In this document: positions 1-9,425 of the stretch, piece by piece
Position numbering within the stretch: the stretch's first letter is position 1
Layout of the letters: each line of letters begins with the position of its first letter
NCBI GenBank assembly: GCA_044226625.1
Contig: JBGAGQ010000012.1
Span: 1 to 64,000 of the forward strand
DNA from: Thermoanaerobaculia bacterium
GTDB lineage: Bacteria; Acidobacteriota; Thermoanaerobaculia; Multivoradales; UBA5704
DNA length: 64,000 nucleotides
Reading direction: 5' to 3'
Translations under genes and position numbers: made by a program
Notes under the pieces: model-generated
The model's input: the letters and a program-made list of their open reading frames with translations, nothing else
Told to the model about the DNA's origin: nothing
Database searches by the model: none

Positions 1-19
1 TCTCCGGTAGAGACTCTTT

Positions 20-109
20 TGGCGGTGAGGGTGGGATTCGAACCCACGGTAGAGTTTCCCCTACACACGCTTTCCAAGCGTGCTCCTTAAGCCACTCGGA
101 CACCTCACC
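20..109 (-). tRNA. tRNA-Ser (anticodon GGA)
   Basis: Reverse complement reads GGTGAGGTGTCCGAGTGGCTTAAGGAGCACGCTTGGAAAGCGTG...GGTTCGAATCCCACCCTCACCGCCA: acceptor stem, GGA anticodon, long variable arm, TTCGAAT T-loop, encoded CCA. Confidence 0.97.
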
Positions 110-126
110 TCGGCTTTTGAAAGAAC

Positions 127-615
127 TCACTTCGCCCGCAGGCGGACGAAAAAGCGGCGAAGTAGCTCGCCGCATTCCTCTCCCATCACGCCGTCGACCA
201 CTTCGAGGCGATGGTTCAAGCGCGCGTCCCGAGCCAGATCGCCTAGGCTACCGCAGTAGCCGGCTTTCGGATCCATCGCGCCGAAAACCAGACGCTCGAT
301 CCTGCTCGCGACCAGGCCACCCGCGCACATCGCGCACGGCTCGAGGGTCACGTACATCGTACAGCCGGTCAAGCGCCATCCGCCGACCGCCCGGGCCGCC
401 TCGCGGATCGCCAAGATCTCGGCGTGACCCAGAGGATCGCCGTCGATCTCGCGCCGGTTGTGACCGCGACCGACGATCTCCTCGTCCTTGACGATCACCG
501 CACCGATCGGCACCTCGCCGAGCTCTCCAGCTCGCCGAGCCTCCTCGAGCGCGCGCTCCATCCACGCCCGATCTCGTTCGGCGGAATCACCCGCCGTACC
601 GCGGTTCTCAGCCAA
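127..615 (-). CDS. tadA: tRNA adenosine(34) deaminase
   Basis: GEVPIGAV, HAEILA and TLEPCAMC zinc-deaminase motifs. Confidence 0.95.
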   Translation of the reverse strand: MAENRGTAGDSAERDRAWMERALEEARRAGELGEVPIGAVIVKDEEIVGRGHNRREIDGDPLGHAEILAIREAARAVGGWRLTGCTMYVTLEPCAMCAGGLVASRIERLVFGAMDPKAGYCGSLGDLARDARLNHRLEVVDGVMGEECGELLRRFFVRLRAK

Positions 616-673
616 CGAGCCGCGGATAATAATCGAATCGGCCCGGCGCCGTAAACCCGGCGTCGCGAGTCGC

Positions 674-702
674 TTTACAGGGTCCGGCCGAGCACGTAGG
701 AT
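674..702 (+). promoter_or_regulatory. sigma70-type promoter for SRP RNA
   Basis: TTTACA (674-679) - 17 nt - TAGGAT (697-702), just upstream of ffs. Confidence 0.65.
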
Positions 703-723
703 CTGGGTCTTCCGGCAGGGACC

Positions 724-836
724 GACGAAGGGTTCGGGTCCTGTGCATCGATCCTCACCGAACCTCGTCAGGCCCGGAAGGGAGCAGCGATAAGGTTGGG
801 CGACCGAGTGCCGCAGATCAACCGGAACCCTTCGTC
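724..836 (+). ncRNA. ffs: signal recognition particle small (4.5S) RNA
   Basis: Conserved GTCAGGCCCGGAAGGGAGCAGC domain-IV motif; terminal stem GACGAAGGGTTC/GAACCCTTCGTC; usual position upstream of dnaX. Confidence 0.92.
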
Positions 837-879
837 AATCTCTGCCTCGGTTCACAGACCCTCCTCGAGTCCGTAGCCC

Positions 880-2601
880 ATGGCCTATCAGGTCCTCGCG
901 CGCAAATGGCGACCCCAGGATTTTTCCAGCCTGGTCGGTCAAGAAGCGATCGTAACCGCGCTGCGTAACGCCCTGCGCGAGAAGCGCATCGCCCAGGCGT
1001 ATCTCTTCTCCGGGATTCGAGGGGTCGGCAAGACCACCGCGGCGCGCGTCCTCGCCAAAGCGCTGAACTGCGAGACGAATTTCGGCGGGGATCCCTGTAA
1101 CGAGTGCACCCCTTGCCGCGAGATCACCCGCGGGGGCGATCTGGACGTCATCGAGGTCGACGCGGCCACCTATTCAAAGGTCGAGCAGGTGCGCGAGCTC
1201 ACCGAGAGCTTGCGTTACGGGCCTGCCCGCGACCGCTACAAAGTGGTCGTTCTCGACGAGATCCACCGCCTCTCCCGCCAGGCGTTCGACGCCCTTCTCA
1301 AGATCGTCGAGGAGCCGCCCCCGCATCTCGTGTTCATCTTCGCGACGACCGAGGCGGACGCCGTTCCCGTGACCATCCTTTCGCGTTGCCAGGAGTTCCG
1401 CTTTCGACGTGTCCCCTCGTTAGAGGTCGCCGCCCTGCTGCGGAAAATCTGCTCCGAGGAGACCATCGCCGCAAGCGACGCCGCGCTCCGGCTGATCGCC
1501 CGCGCGGGAGAAGGCAGCGTTCGCGACGCCGTCGCGTTGCTCGATCAGCTCGCGACTTTCGGCAATCGCACCATCTCGGACGACGATGCCGTGCGCCTGC
1601 TCGGCGGCCTCGACACCGCGATGTTCCAAGATCTCCTTCGCGCGATGCTCGCGGGCGATCCGCGGGCGATCCGCGAAGCGGCGCGGCGCATCGAGGACGA
1701 GGGCTGGGATGCGCGCAACGTCTTCGGCCAGTTCCTCGCTTTCTGCCGCGACGCGCTCCATCTCGCGATCGGCGGCTCCCCGGCCTCGATCGATCTTCCC
1801 GAGGAAGAGGCGCAGGCCCTCGCCGCCCTGGCGGCCGACGCCGGCTATGAAAACCTTCTTCGGCTGCTGACGCAGTTGCTCGCGAGCGAGCCGCTCGTGC
1901 GGCGCAGCGAAACCGGCGTGCTCGCGGTAGAGATCGCCTGGCTGCGCGCGGCCGAGCTGCCCAAGCTTCTCAAGGTCGAGGCGCTCCTGTCCGGAGCCGC
2001 CACTCCGCCGCGCGCCGCCGGGCCGTTCCCGCCACCGACCTCTTCGACCCCCGCGCCGTCGAGCCGAGCGTCGAGCGCGCCACCTCGATCCCCGTCCGCA
2101 CCTGCGGCCCCGCCGATGGCCGAGCCGCAGGTGCCTCGCGCCACAGCCCCGGTTCCCGCTCACGTCGCGCCGAACGTGCCGAGTCATCCCGGCGTTCTGA
2201 GCGGACCAAGCGTATCGAGCGCGCCGAGCGGTGACGGCGGCTCACCGGTCGAGCGTTTTCTCGACGAGGTGCGCAAGCGCAAGCCGCCGCTCGCCTCCCA
2301 CCTCGACCGCGCCGTCTTGAGCCACGACGAGGGGCGGCTCACGATCGCCTACGATCCGAGCGACCTTCAGCTCCGCGACGGCTTGAATCGCGGCAGCAAT
2401 CCACAGATACTGCGCGAGGCCATCGCCGCCGTCTGGGGCGCCGCGGTCGAATGGCGTGCGGTTCCGGGCGCCCCGACCGATCCGAACCGAGGCCTAAGCG
2501 AGGCTCCCAAAGCTCCGCAGCCGGCCCTGGTCGACAATCCCACCGTACAAACACTGCTCGAGCTGTTCGGCGGTCAGATCGAGGCGACCGAAGAGCGCTA
2601 G
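880..2601 (+). CDS. dnaX: DNA polymerase III subunit gamma/tau
   Basis: LARKWRPQ, Walker A GIRGVGKT, Zn-binding Cys, DEIH, SRC motif; Pro/Ala-rich linker. Confidence 0.97.
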   Translation: MAYQVLARKWRPQDFSSLVGQEAIVTALRNALREKRIAQAYLFSGIRGVGKTTAARVLAKALNCETNFGGDPCNECTPCREITRGGDLDVIEVDAATYSKVEQVRELTESLRYGPARDRYKVVVLDEIHRLSRQAFDALLKIVEEPPPHLVFIFATTEADAVPVTILSRCQEFRFRRVPSLEVAALLRKICSEETIAASDAALRLIARAGEGSVRDAVALLDQLATFGNRTISDDDAVRLLGGLDTAMFQDLLRAMLAGDPRAIREAARRIEDEGWDARNVFGQFLAFCRDALHLAIGGSPASIDLPEEEAQALAALAADAGYENLLRLLTQLLASEPLVRRSETGVLAVEIAWLRAAELPKLLKVEALLSGAATPPRAAGPFPPPTSSTPAPSSRASSAPPRSPSAPAAPPMAEPQVPRATAPVPAHVAPNVPSHPGVLSGPSVSSAPSGDGGSPVERFLDEVRKRKPPLASHLDRAVLSHDEGRLTIAYDPSDLQLRDGLNRGSNPQILREAIAAVWGAAVEWRAVPGAPTDPNRGLSEAPKAPQPALVDNPTVQTLLELFGGQIEATEER

Positions 2602-2624
2602 GGACACGCGAGGAACCAAAAAGC

Positions 2625-2921
2625 ATGAGCAGCATGCGCCAATTGATGAAGCAAGCCCAGGAGATGCAGGAGCGCCTCCAGCGAGAGCTGGGCGAGACGA
2701 CCGTCGAGGCGAGCGTGGGCGGAGGGATGGTCACGCTCGTGATGAACGGGCACAAGCAGCTGGTCTCCGCAAAGATCGATCCGGAGGTGCTCGATCCGGA
2801 AGACCCCTCGGTCCTCGAGGACCTGATCGTCGCCGCGGTCAACGAAGCCGGCCGCAAGATCGAAGAGACGATGCAGGCCAAAGTGGGCTCGATGGCTTCG
2901 AGCCTTCCCGGCCTCTTCTAG
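2625..2921 (+). CDS. ybaB: YbaB/EbfC nucleoid-associated protein
   Basis: MKQAQEMQ...GGGMV...LEDLIVAAVNEA; lies between dnaX and recR. Start moved to ATG 2625. Confidence 0.93.
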   Translation: MSSMRQLMKQAQEMQERLQRELGETTVEASVGGGMVTLVMNGHKQLVSAKIDPEVLDPEDPSVLEDLIVAAVNEAGRKIEETMQAKVGSMASSLPGLF

Positions 2922-2939
2922 CCCCATCGCCGGTCCGGG

Positions 2940-3524
2940 ATGTCCGATCCTCTCGCCCGCCTGGTCGGCGAGCTCTCCCGCCTCCCTTCGATCGGTCCGA
3001 AGACGGCAACCCGGCTCGCCCACCATCTCCTCAAGGTCTCGAAACCCGAGGCCGAGGCGCTCGCCCGGGCGATCGTAGAAGTCAAAGAACGCCTGTTCCA
3101 CTGCTCGATCTGCAACGCGATCACCGCGGTCGAGCCTTGCGCGATCTGCTCCGATACCGGCCGGGATCGCGCCCGAATCTGTGTCGTCGAAGAGCCGTTC
3201 AACATCGCGCCGATGGAGCGCACCGGCGAGTTCCGCGGTCTCTACCACGTGCTGCTCGGGGTGCTGTCGCCGCACCGCGGCATCGGTCCGGATCGCCTGG
3301 CGATCGCCGGTCTGCTCGATCGCCTGACGGGCGTCGAGGAGGTGATCGTCGCGACCAACCCCAACGTCGAAGGCGAGGCGACGGCTCTTTACCTGGCCCG
3401 CCTGCTCAAGAGTCGCGACGTCCTGGTCACCCGCCTCGCCTTCGGAATGCCGGTGGGCGGCGACATCGAATACACCGACCAGGTCACCCTCGCTCGTTCC
3501 CTCGCCGGCCGCCGAGCGCTTTGA
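2940..3524 (+). CDS. recR: recombination mediator RecR
   Basis: LPSIGPKTA HhH, C4 zinc finger, TOPRIM (ATNPNVEGEATA). Confidence 0.97.
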   Translation: MSDPLARLVGELSRLPSIGPKTATRLAHHLLKVSKPEAEALARAIVEVKERLFHCSICNAITAVEPCAICSDTGRDRARICVVEEPFNIAPMERTGEFRGLYHVLLGVLSPHRGIGPDRLAIAGLLDRLTGVEEVIVATNPNVEGEATALYLARLLKSRDVLVTRLAFGMPVGGDIEYTDQVTLARSLAGRRAL

Positions 3525-3535
3525 GGGGCGAAGGG

Positions 3536-4882
3536 ATGCCGTCCCGTCTGGATCCTGTCGAGCCCTCCTCTCCCCGGCTCGCGCAAGGCGACTTGCCTCC
3601 GGAGATCCTTGCGCCTCCTCCGGGGCCCCGTTCTCGGGAGCTCGCCGCGGATCTCGACCGTTATCTAGCCCCCTCGCTTTCGACCGTGGTGGATGGAGTG
3701 CCCGCACCGATATGGCAGGAGGCCCTCGGTGCGAATGTCTTGGACGTCGACGACAACCGATACGTCGACCTCACCGCGGGGTTCGGCGTGGCAGGGATCG
3801 GCCATCGCCACCCCGAGATCGTCGCCGCGGTCGCCCGCCAAGCGGCGCAGCTCGTCCATGCTCTGGGCGACGTGGCCGCCCATCCGGGACGAGCGACGCT
3901 CGCCCGCCGGCTGGCCGAGCTCGTCCCCGTCGGCCTCGCCGACGAGGAGCGCCAGGTCTTCTTTGCCGTCTCCGGGGCCGAGGCGGTGGAGATCGCCCTC
4001 AAGACCGCTCTGTTGGCCACCGGCCGTCGGGAAGTGGTCGCCTTCGATCCGGCCTATCACGGTCTCACGCTCGGGGCGCTCGCCGTCACCTCGCGGCCCG
4101 CTTTTCGCGCGCCGTTCGTCCCCCACCTCCATCCGAACGTCGCGCGATTTCCGTTCGGAGGAGATCTCGCGCCTCTCGCCGAACGGCTCGGCCGAGGCGA
4201 CGTCGGCGCGGTGCTCGTAGAGCCGGTCGTCGGTCGCGAAGGGGTTCTGTTCCCGCCCGCCGCCTGGCTGCAAAGCGTTGCCGACCTGGCGCACAGCTCC
4301 GGCGCCCTCCTGATCGCCGACGAGATTTTCACCGGTTTCGGTCGCACCGGCCGCGGGTTCGCCGTCGAAGCGGAGAACGTGCGGCCCGACCTCCTCTGTT
4401 GCGGCAAGGCGCTCGGCGGCGGCCTGCCGATCGCCGCGATCGTCGGGCCGCGCCGCATTTTCGAGGTCTGGCGTACCGCGGGCGAGGCACTCCACACGGC
4501 GACCTTCGTCGCCCATCCGCTCGCCTGCGCCGCGGCGCTCGCTACCCTGGAGGTGATCGAACGCGACGGTCTCGTGGCGCGCGCGCTTCGCCTGGGGGAG
4601 GAGATCGTCGCACCTCGCCTCGCCACTTGGCCCGCGCGATTTCCTGCCGTCGCGGCGATACGAGGCCGCGGCCTCCTCTGGGGCATCGAGCTCACGGGAT
4701 CCGCGGCGGCCAAGAGCTTCGCCGCCGACGCCCAAGCGCGCGGCGTCCTCCTGCTCGCCGGTGGACCGCGAGGCGTGGTCGCGCAAATCGCGCCGCCGCT
4801 TGCGATCGCCGAGCGGCAGCTGGCTCGAGCGCTCGAGATTCTCGAAACCGCTCTCGAGGGAATACCGGAGAACGTGCCGTGA
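3536..4882 (+). CDS. class III PLP-dependent aminotransferase (GabT/ArgD-like)
   Basis: SGAEAVEIALK, YHG, DEIFTGFGRTG, GKALGGG (PLP Lys). Start placed at ATG 3536 after recR. Confidence 0.88.
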   Translation: MPSRLDPVEPSSPRLAQGDLPPEILAPPPGPRSRELAADLDRYLAPSLSTVVDGVPAPIWQEALGANVLDVDDNRYVDLTAGFGVAGIGHRHPEIVAAVARQAAQLVHALGDVAAHPGRATLARRLAELVPVGLADEERQVFFAVSGAEAVEIALKTALLATGRREVVAFDPAYHGLTLGALAVTSRPAFRAPFVPHLHPNVARFPFGGDLAPLAERLGRGDVGAVLVEPVVGREGVLFPPAAWLQSVADLAHSSGALLIADEIFTGFGRTGRGFAVEAENVRPDLLCCGKALGGGLPIAAIVGPRRIFEVWRTAGEALHTATFVAHPLACAAALATLEVIERDGLVARALRLGEEIVAPRLATWPARFPAVAAIRGRGLLWGIELTGSAAAKSFAADAQARGVLLLAGGPRGVVAQIAPPLAIAERQLARALEILETALEGIPENVP

Positions 4883-5448
4883 TCCCCGACGCCCGGTTCA
4901 AGATCGCGTTCATCGGGACCCACGGCGTCGGCAAGACCACGCTGTGCTTCGGGCTCGCCGCCCTGCTCAAGGCGCGCGATCTCTCGGTCGAAGTGGTCCA
5001 CGAGGTGGCTCGCCGCTGCCCGCTGCCTATCAACGAACAGACCTCCGTCGCCGCCCAGAGTTGGATCCTCCATTCGCAAATCGCCGAGGAGATCAGCGCC
5101 GCGGCCCGCTACCCGGTCGTGATTTGCGATCGCAGCGTGCTCGACAACTACGTCTATCTGCTCCTCGCGGCCGGGCGGCAGGACGCGCTCGAACCGTTGA
5201 TCGACATCTGGATGGGGGGCTACGACCTCCTGGTTCAGGTACCGATCGTCGCCTCTCCCTCCCCGGACGGAATCCGCTCCGCCAACCCCGCGTTTCAGAG
5301 CGCCGTCGACGAACGCCTAGACCGAGAGCTCGCGCGTCGCCGCCTTTTCGCCCTTCGGCTCGATCCGGACCACCGGCAAGGCTGGCTCGAGTCGGTGGAA
5401 CGCGAGGTCTCGGCGCGGCTTCGTCCGAGCCAGCTCCAATTGCTGTAG
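4879..5448 (+). CDS. AAA_28/NadR-like P-loop ATPase/kinase
   Basis: KIAFIGTHGVGKTT Walker A and ICDRSVLD; GTG start overlaps the upstream stop (GTGA). Confidence 0.8.
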   Translation: MIPDARFKIAFIGTHGVGKTTLCFGLAALLKARDLSVEVVHEVARRCPLPINEQTSVAAQSWILHSQIAEEISAAARYPVVICDRSVLDNYVYLLLAAGRQDALEPLIDIWMGGYDLLVQVPIVASPSPDGIRSANPAFQSAVDERLDRELARRRLFALRLDPDHRQGWLESVEREVSARLRPSQLQLL

Positions 5449-5485
5449 CTCCGGAGGTCCGCCGTTGGGCTAGACTTTCCGGACC

Positions 5486-6466
5486 GTGGCCCTCTCTCCC
5501 CTCCTCCTCCGACGTTGGGAGCTCTTCTCCCACTTCAACGATCCCCAGCTCGAGAACCTCGCCGAGCACGTCGACCGCGAACGCTTCGACGCCGGCGCGC
5601 CCGTCCTCAAAGAGGGCGAACCCTCCCTCGGCGCCTATCTGATCGAGCGCGGAGAGGTCGTCATCGAGCGCAACACGCCCTACGGCCGTTTCGAGCTCGC
5701 GCGCCTCGGGCCGGGGGAGATGTTCGGCGAAACCAGTTTCGTCGACGGCCAGGCTCGGTCGGGAAACGCTACGGCGGCCGCCGAGACCGCCCTCCTCACT
5801 TTTCACCCGGAGATCCTCGCCGGCGCGATGGAGGAGGATCCCAAGCTCAAGCTTTCGCTCCATTGGGCGTTCTGGAAGAGCCTGTCGCAGAAGCTGCGCG
5901 CCACGAACGACAAGCTGACGCGCTTCTTCTCGACCTCCGGCGCACCCGCGGCGACTCCGGCGGCCGTCGGGGCCGCGGCGACGGGGGACTTTCGGGTCGA
6001 CCTCGCCTCGAAGCGCAGATTGTTTCAGGAACAGAAGCTCTCGAACCTCGAGATCAACTTCCTCTCCACCCTATCGAAGGAAAAGAAGCTCGCCCCGAAC
6101 CAGGTGCTTTTCCGCGAGGGCGAGCCCGGCGACTCGATGTACGTCGTCCTCGAGGGGCGGATCATGATCAGCAAGTTCATCCCGGGCGCGGGAGAGGAGG
6201 CGCTCGCGTTCCTCGAGCGCGGCGACTATTTCGGCGAGATGGCGCTGATCGACCACCAACCCCGGTCGGCCGACGCCAAAGCGCACGAGGAAGAAGCGGT
6301 GGTCCTCGCCATCTCCCGCGAGGTGCTCGAAGGTCTCCTCGACATCCAGAAGATCTCGTCCCTGAATCTGCTCCGGATCCTGTGCAACCTTGCCGCGTCC
6401 CGGCTGCGCGAGATCGACGACAAGATCATCGGCTGGTTCATCCTGTCCGGCGGTTCCGGTCAGTAA
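5486..6466 (+). CDS. tandem cyclic-nucleotide-binding domain protein
   Basis: Two cNMP domains (FGETSF...RSG; FGEMAL...PRSA); no HTH seen. Confidence 0.85.
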   Translation: MALSPLLLRRWELFSHFNDPQLENLAEHVDRERFDAGAPVLKEGEPSLGAYLIERGEVVIERNTPYGRFELARLGPGEMFGETSFVDGQARSGNATAAAETALLTFHPEILAGAMEEDPKLKLSLHWAFWKSLSQKLRATNDKLTRFFSTSGAPAATPAAVGAAATGDFRVDLASKRRLFQEQKLSNLEINFLSTLSKEKKLAPNQVLFREGEPGDSMYVVLEGRIMISKFIPGAGEEALAFLERGDYFGEMALIDHQPRSADAKAHEEEAVVLAISREVLEGLLDIQKISSLNLLRILCNLAASRLREIDDKIIGWFILSGGSGQ

Positions 6467-7583
6467 CCCCAGCTTTCCTCGCGACCGACAGGATCTTTCC
6501 TACCAGAGACGAGGTCGCCAGGCTCTCGATCTCCTCCAGTCCGAACCAACCCGCCGCCGCGCCCTCCCGGACGGCGGATTCGATCTCCACCGTGCCGCGA
6601 TGGACGGTGACACGGAGGTCCCGGTAGGTAATGCCGTGACGGGCGCCGCCGATCCGCTCACCCACCGTCCATCGCCCTCCGTAACGTTCCCGGAGACCGG
6701 CCTCGAGCTCCTCCGTCCGTTCCACCCACGGCAGCTCCCATAGACCCGCGAGCAGCGAGCTCGTGTCCGGACGGCGGAACATCAGGACGTTTCCCTCGCC
6801 GTCCTCGACCACGAGCGCGACCAGCGAGATTTCTTCGCTCTTGGCGGCGCGCGCCGCTTTCGGATAACGCTCGGCGGCGCCCGCCGCGGCGGCTCGGCAA
6901 CCCGATACCAGAGGGCAAAGCAGACACCGCGGGTTCTTCGGCACACAGATCGTCGCGCCGAGCTCCATCATCGCCTGGTTCGAATCGCCGGCTCGGCCAG
7001 GGTCGAGAAGCTCCGTGGCCGCGACCAGGAGCCTGCGTCGTACCACCGCGCTCTTGACGTCCCCTTCCTCGGCGAGCCGTCGCGCGAGGACGCGCTCCAC
7101 GTTGCCGTCGAGCACCGGAACGGCGACCCCAAAACAGATGCTCGCGATCGCCGCCGCCGTATAGGCGCCTATTCCGGGCAGATCGAGCAGTCCCTCGACG
7201 GTGCGGGGAAAACCTCCGCGAGCGACCACACCCCGCGCGGCTTCGTGGAGCTGTCGCGCCCTCCGGTAGTACCCGAGACCGGACCAGGCGGCCAGCACCT
7301 CGTCGAGCGGTGCGGCCGCGAGCGCCTCGACTCCGGGAAACCGGTCGAGAAACGCTAGGTAATAGGGGATGACCGTCTCGACCCGTGTCTGTTGGAGCAT
7401 GATCTCCGAGATCCAGACGCGATAGGGATCTCGGTTCTGACGCCAGGGGAGATCGCGTCGATGCCGATCGAACCAGCCGATCAAGCTCGAGGCCTCGGGG
7501 GTCGGCCCCTTTTTCGCACCTCTCTTCGGATCCTCGATCGGACCAGGTCCTCGACCGCACATCGGGCCTTCATTGTCTCTCAC
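6438..7583 (-). CDS. mutY: A/G-specific adenine glycosylase
   Basis: WISEIMLQQT, GLGYYRRA, HhH LPGIGAYTA, VLDGNVERV, Fe-S Cys motif. Confidence 0.95.
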   Translation of the reverse strand: MRDNEGPMCGRGPGPIEDPKRGAKKGPTPEASSLIGWFDRHRRDLPWRQNRDPYRVWISEIMLQQTRVETVIPYYLAFLDRFPGVEALAAAPLDEVLAAWSGLGYYRRARQLHEAARGVVARGGFPRTVEGLLDLPGIGAYTAAAIASICFGVAVPVLDGNVERVLARRLAEEGDVKSAVVRRRLLVAATELLDPGRAGDSNQAMMELGATICVPKNPRCLLCPLVSGCRAAAAGAAERYPKAARAAKSEEISLVALVVEDGEGNVLMFRRPDTSSLLAGLWELPWVERTEELEAGLRERYGGRWTVGERIGGARHGITYRDLRVTVHRGTVEIESAVREGAAAGWFGLEEIESLATSSLVGKILSVARKAGVTDRNRRTG

Positions 7584-7852
7584 TCCCTCCCTCCCGAGCC
7601 GATGACCCTTTCCGCCGGTTTTATCGCGTCTTTCCTTGAGGGACCCTCTTCCGGCATCGCCGCGAGACGGATCCGGGATCGGCCGCGAGCGCGTTCCGCG
7701 GCAGGCCTTGCGGCGGTCCGGAGGATCCTGTTAGCCTCGAAAAACGCCTGCTGGCCCCACCGCCATGCGACCGGTCGCCGTACCCTCGGTTTTCCTCAGG
7801 CTGTGGAAAATTTGCGGATATCCTCTCTGTCACCTGCGAGATTTTCGGCCTG

Positions 7853-9178
7853 ATGGCACCACATACGTTTTGGTCTCGGTTGCAGAAGAAGCTCCAGCTT
7901 TCGCTGGCGCCCGAAGACTATGAAACCTGGTTTCGCCCCCTCCGAGGACGTCTCGACGGGGATCGACGGCTGATCCTGATCGCTCCCAACGAGCGCTTCG
8001 TGTCGACGCTCAAAGAGAGCTACCGGCCCGAGATCGACCGTGCGATCGCCGAGCTCAAAGAGCCGGATCTCGAAATCGATTTCGTCCTCGACGACGCCCC
8101 GGCGTCCGCGGGCGGCGAATCCCCCGTCGCCTCCGAGCCGGCCAGCGTGCCGCTTCCGGCGGCGAATGCGTTTAATCAGAAGTACTTGTTCGAGAATTTC
8201 GTCGTCGGCAACTCGAACCAATTCGCCCATGCCGCGGCGCGGGCCGTGGCGGATCGTCCCTCGTCGAGCTACAACCCCCTGTTCCTCTATGGTGGGGTAG
8301 GGCTGGGCAAGACCCATCTCCTTCACGCGGTGGGTCATCAGATCCTCGCCCAACATCCCCACCTCCGGGTCCTCTACCTCCCGGCGGAACAGTTCGTCAA
8401 CGAGCTGATCAACTCGATCCGTTTCGACCGCATGCCGGCTTTTCGGGAGCGCTACCGGACGATCGACGTTCTCCTGATCGACGACGTCCAGTTCATCGCC
8501 AACAAAGAACGGACCCAGGAAGAGTTCTTTCACACCTTCAATACGCTCTACACGAGCCAGAAGCAGATCATCCTCTCGTCCGATTCCTCGCCCAAGGACA
8601 TCCCTACCCTGGAGGAGCGGCTGAGGAGCCGGTTCCAGTGGGGCCTGATCGCGGACATCCAGCCACCGGATCTCGAGACCAAAGTCGCGATCCTGCGCAA
8701 GAAGGCCGACTTCGAGAAGACGGAGCTCCCGAACGAGGTCGCGGAGTTCGTCGCGCAGCAGATCAAGTCGAACATCCGGGAGCTCGAAGGGATGTTGAAT
8801 CGGGTGATCGCGTTTTCCTCGCTCACCGGAAAACCGCTCTCCCTGGAGCTCGCCCGCGAAACGTTGCGCGACATCCTGCCGCACGAGGGACGCAAGCCTA
8901 CCGCCGCCGAAATCACCAAGTGCGTCGCGCGCCACTACGGCTTGAAGGTCGTCGAGATCAAGAGCAAGAACAACTCGAAGCAGATCTCCTTTCCTCGGCA
9001 GGTCGCCATGTACCTGTGCAAGCGCCTCACCGACCTGTCCTATCCGGAGATCGGCAAACAGTTCAACGACAAGCACCATTCGACCGTCATGTACTCGGTC
9101 GACAAGATCCAGCAGTTACGGCAAGAGGACGGCGATTTCGATCGTGTCCTGCAGAACCTCGAGCGCAGCCTCTCCTAA
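7853..9178 (+). CDS. dnaA: chromosomal replication initiator DnaA
   Basis: NPLFLYGGVGLGKTHL, IDDVQF, RLRSRF, C-terminal HSTV domain IV. Confidence 0.98.
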   Translation: MAPHTFWSRLQKKLQLSLAPEDYETWFRPLRGRLDGDRRLILIAPNERFVSTLKESYRPEIDRAIAELKEPDLEIDFVLDDAPASAGGESPVASEPASVPLPAANAFNQKYLFENFVVGNSNQFAHAAARAVADRPSSSYNPLFLYGGVGLGKTHLLHAVGHQILAQHPHLRVLYLPAEQFVNELINSIRFDRMPAFRERYRTIDVLLIDDVQFIANKERTQEEFFHTFNTLYTSQKQIILSSDSSPKDIPTLEERLRSRFQWGLIADIQPPDLETKVAILRKKADFEKTELPNEVAEFVAQQIKSNIRELEGMLNRVIAFSSLTGKPLSLELARETLRDILPHEGRKPTAAEITKCVARHYGLKVVEIKSKNNSKQISFPRQVAMYLCKRLTDLSYPEIGKQFNDKHHSTVMYSVDKIQQLRQEDGDFDRVLQNLERSLS

Positions 9179-9425
9179 AGAGAGATCGCGACCCCCTGCG
9201 AATCTCCTGCGGAAATTCCTGAGGACGGAAGCCGGAAAGTTTCCAGACCTCGCGGTTCCATGCGCAGCCGTGCACAGCCCTTCCACAGCTGAACCGCAGC
9301 TCGGCTCAGCGGGCAACTCTCTTTCTTTCCTGGGAGTTAGGACCCAAATCCGCAGATCCACAGCGCCTTCTACGTACGACTACGGTGAGATATGATTCTG
9401 GGTACTGGGTAAGAGAAGGAGCCCC
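9179..9425. promoter_or_regulatory. probable oriC (dnaA-dnaN intergenic region)
   Basis: Degenerate DnaA boxes (GTGCACA, CTTCCACA, tandem AAATCCGCA/AGATCCACA at 9346-9362), then GCGCC and TAC/CTA trio-like repeats. A further box-like TGTGGAAAA at 7802-7810 lies upstream of dnaA. Confidence 0.7.

Noticed and set aside
20-109. tRNA-Ser as an integration site for an island in this window
   Set aside because: Its 3' end points out of the window, and no duplicated 3' fragment or integrase was seen.
1990-2260. Programmed -1 frameshift in dnaX (gamma/tau)
   Set aside because: No A AAA AAG or long A-run slippery site is seen in the linker.
7584-7852. rpmH-rnpA expected upstream of dnaA
   Set aside because: No MKRTYQP-like ORF found; mutY is the neighbour. 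A rearrangement of little interest by itself.
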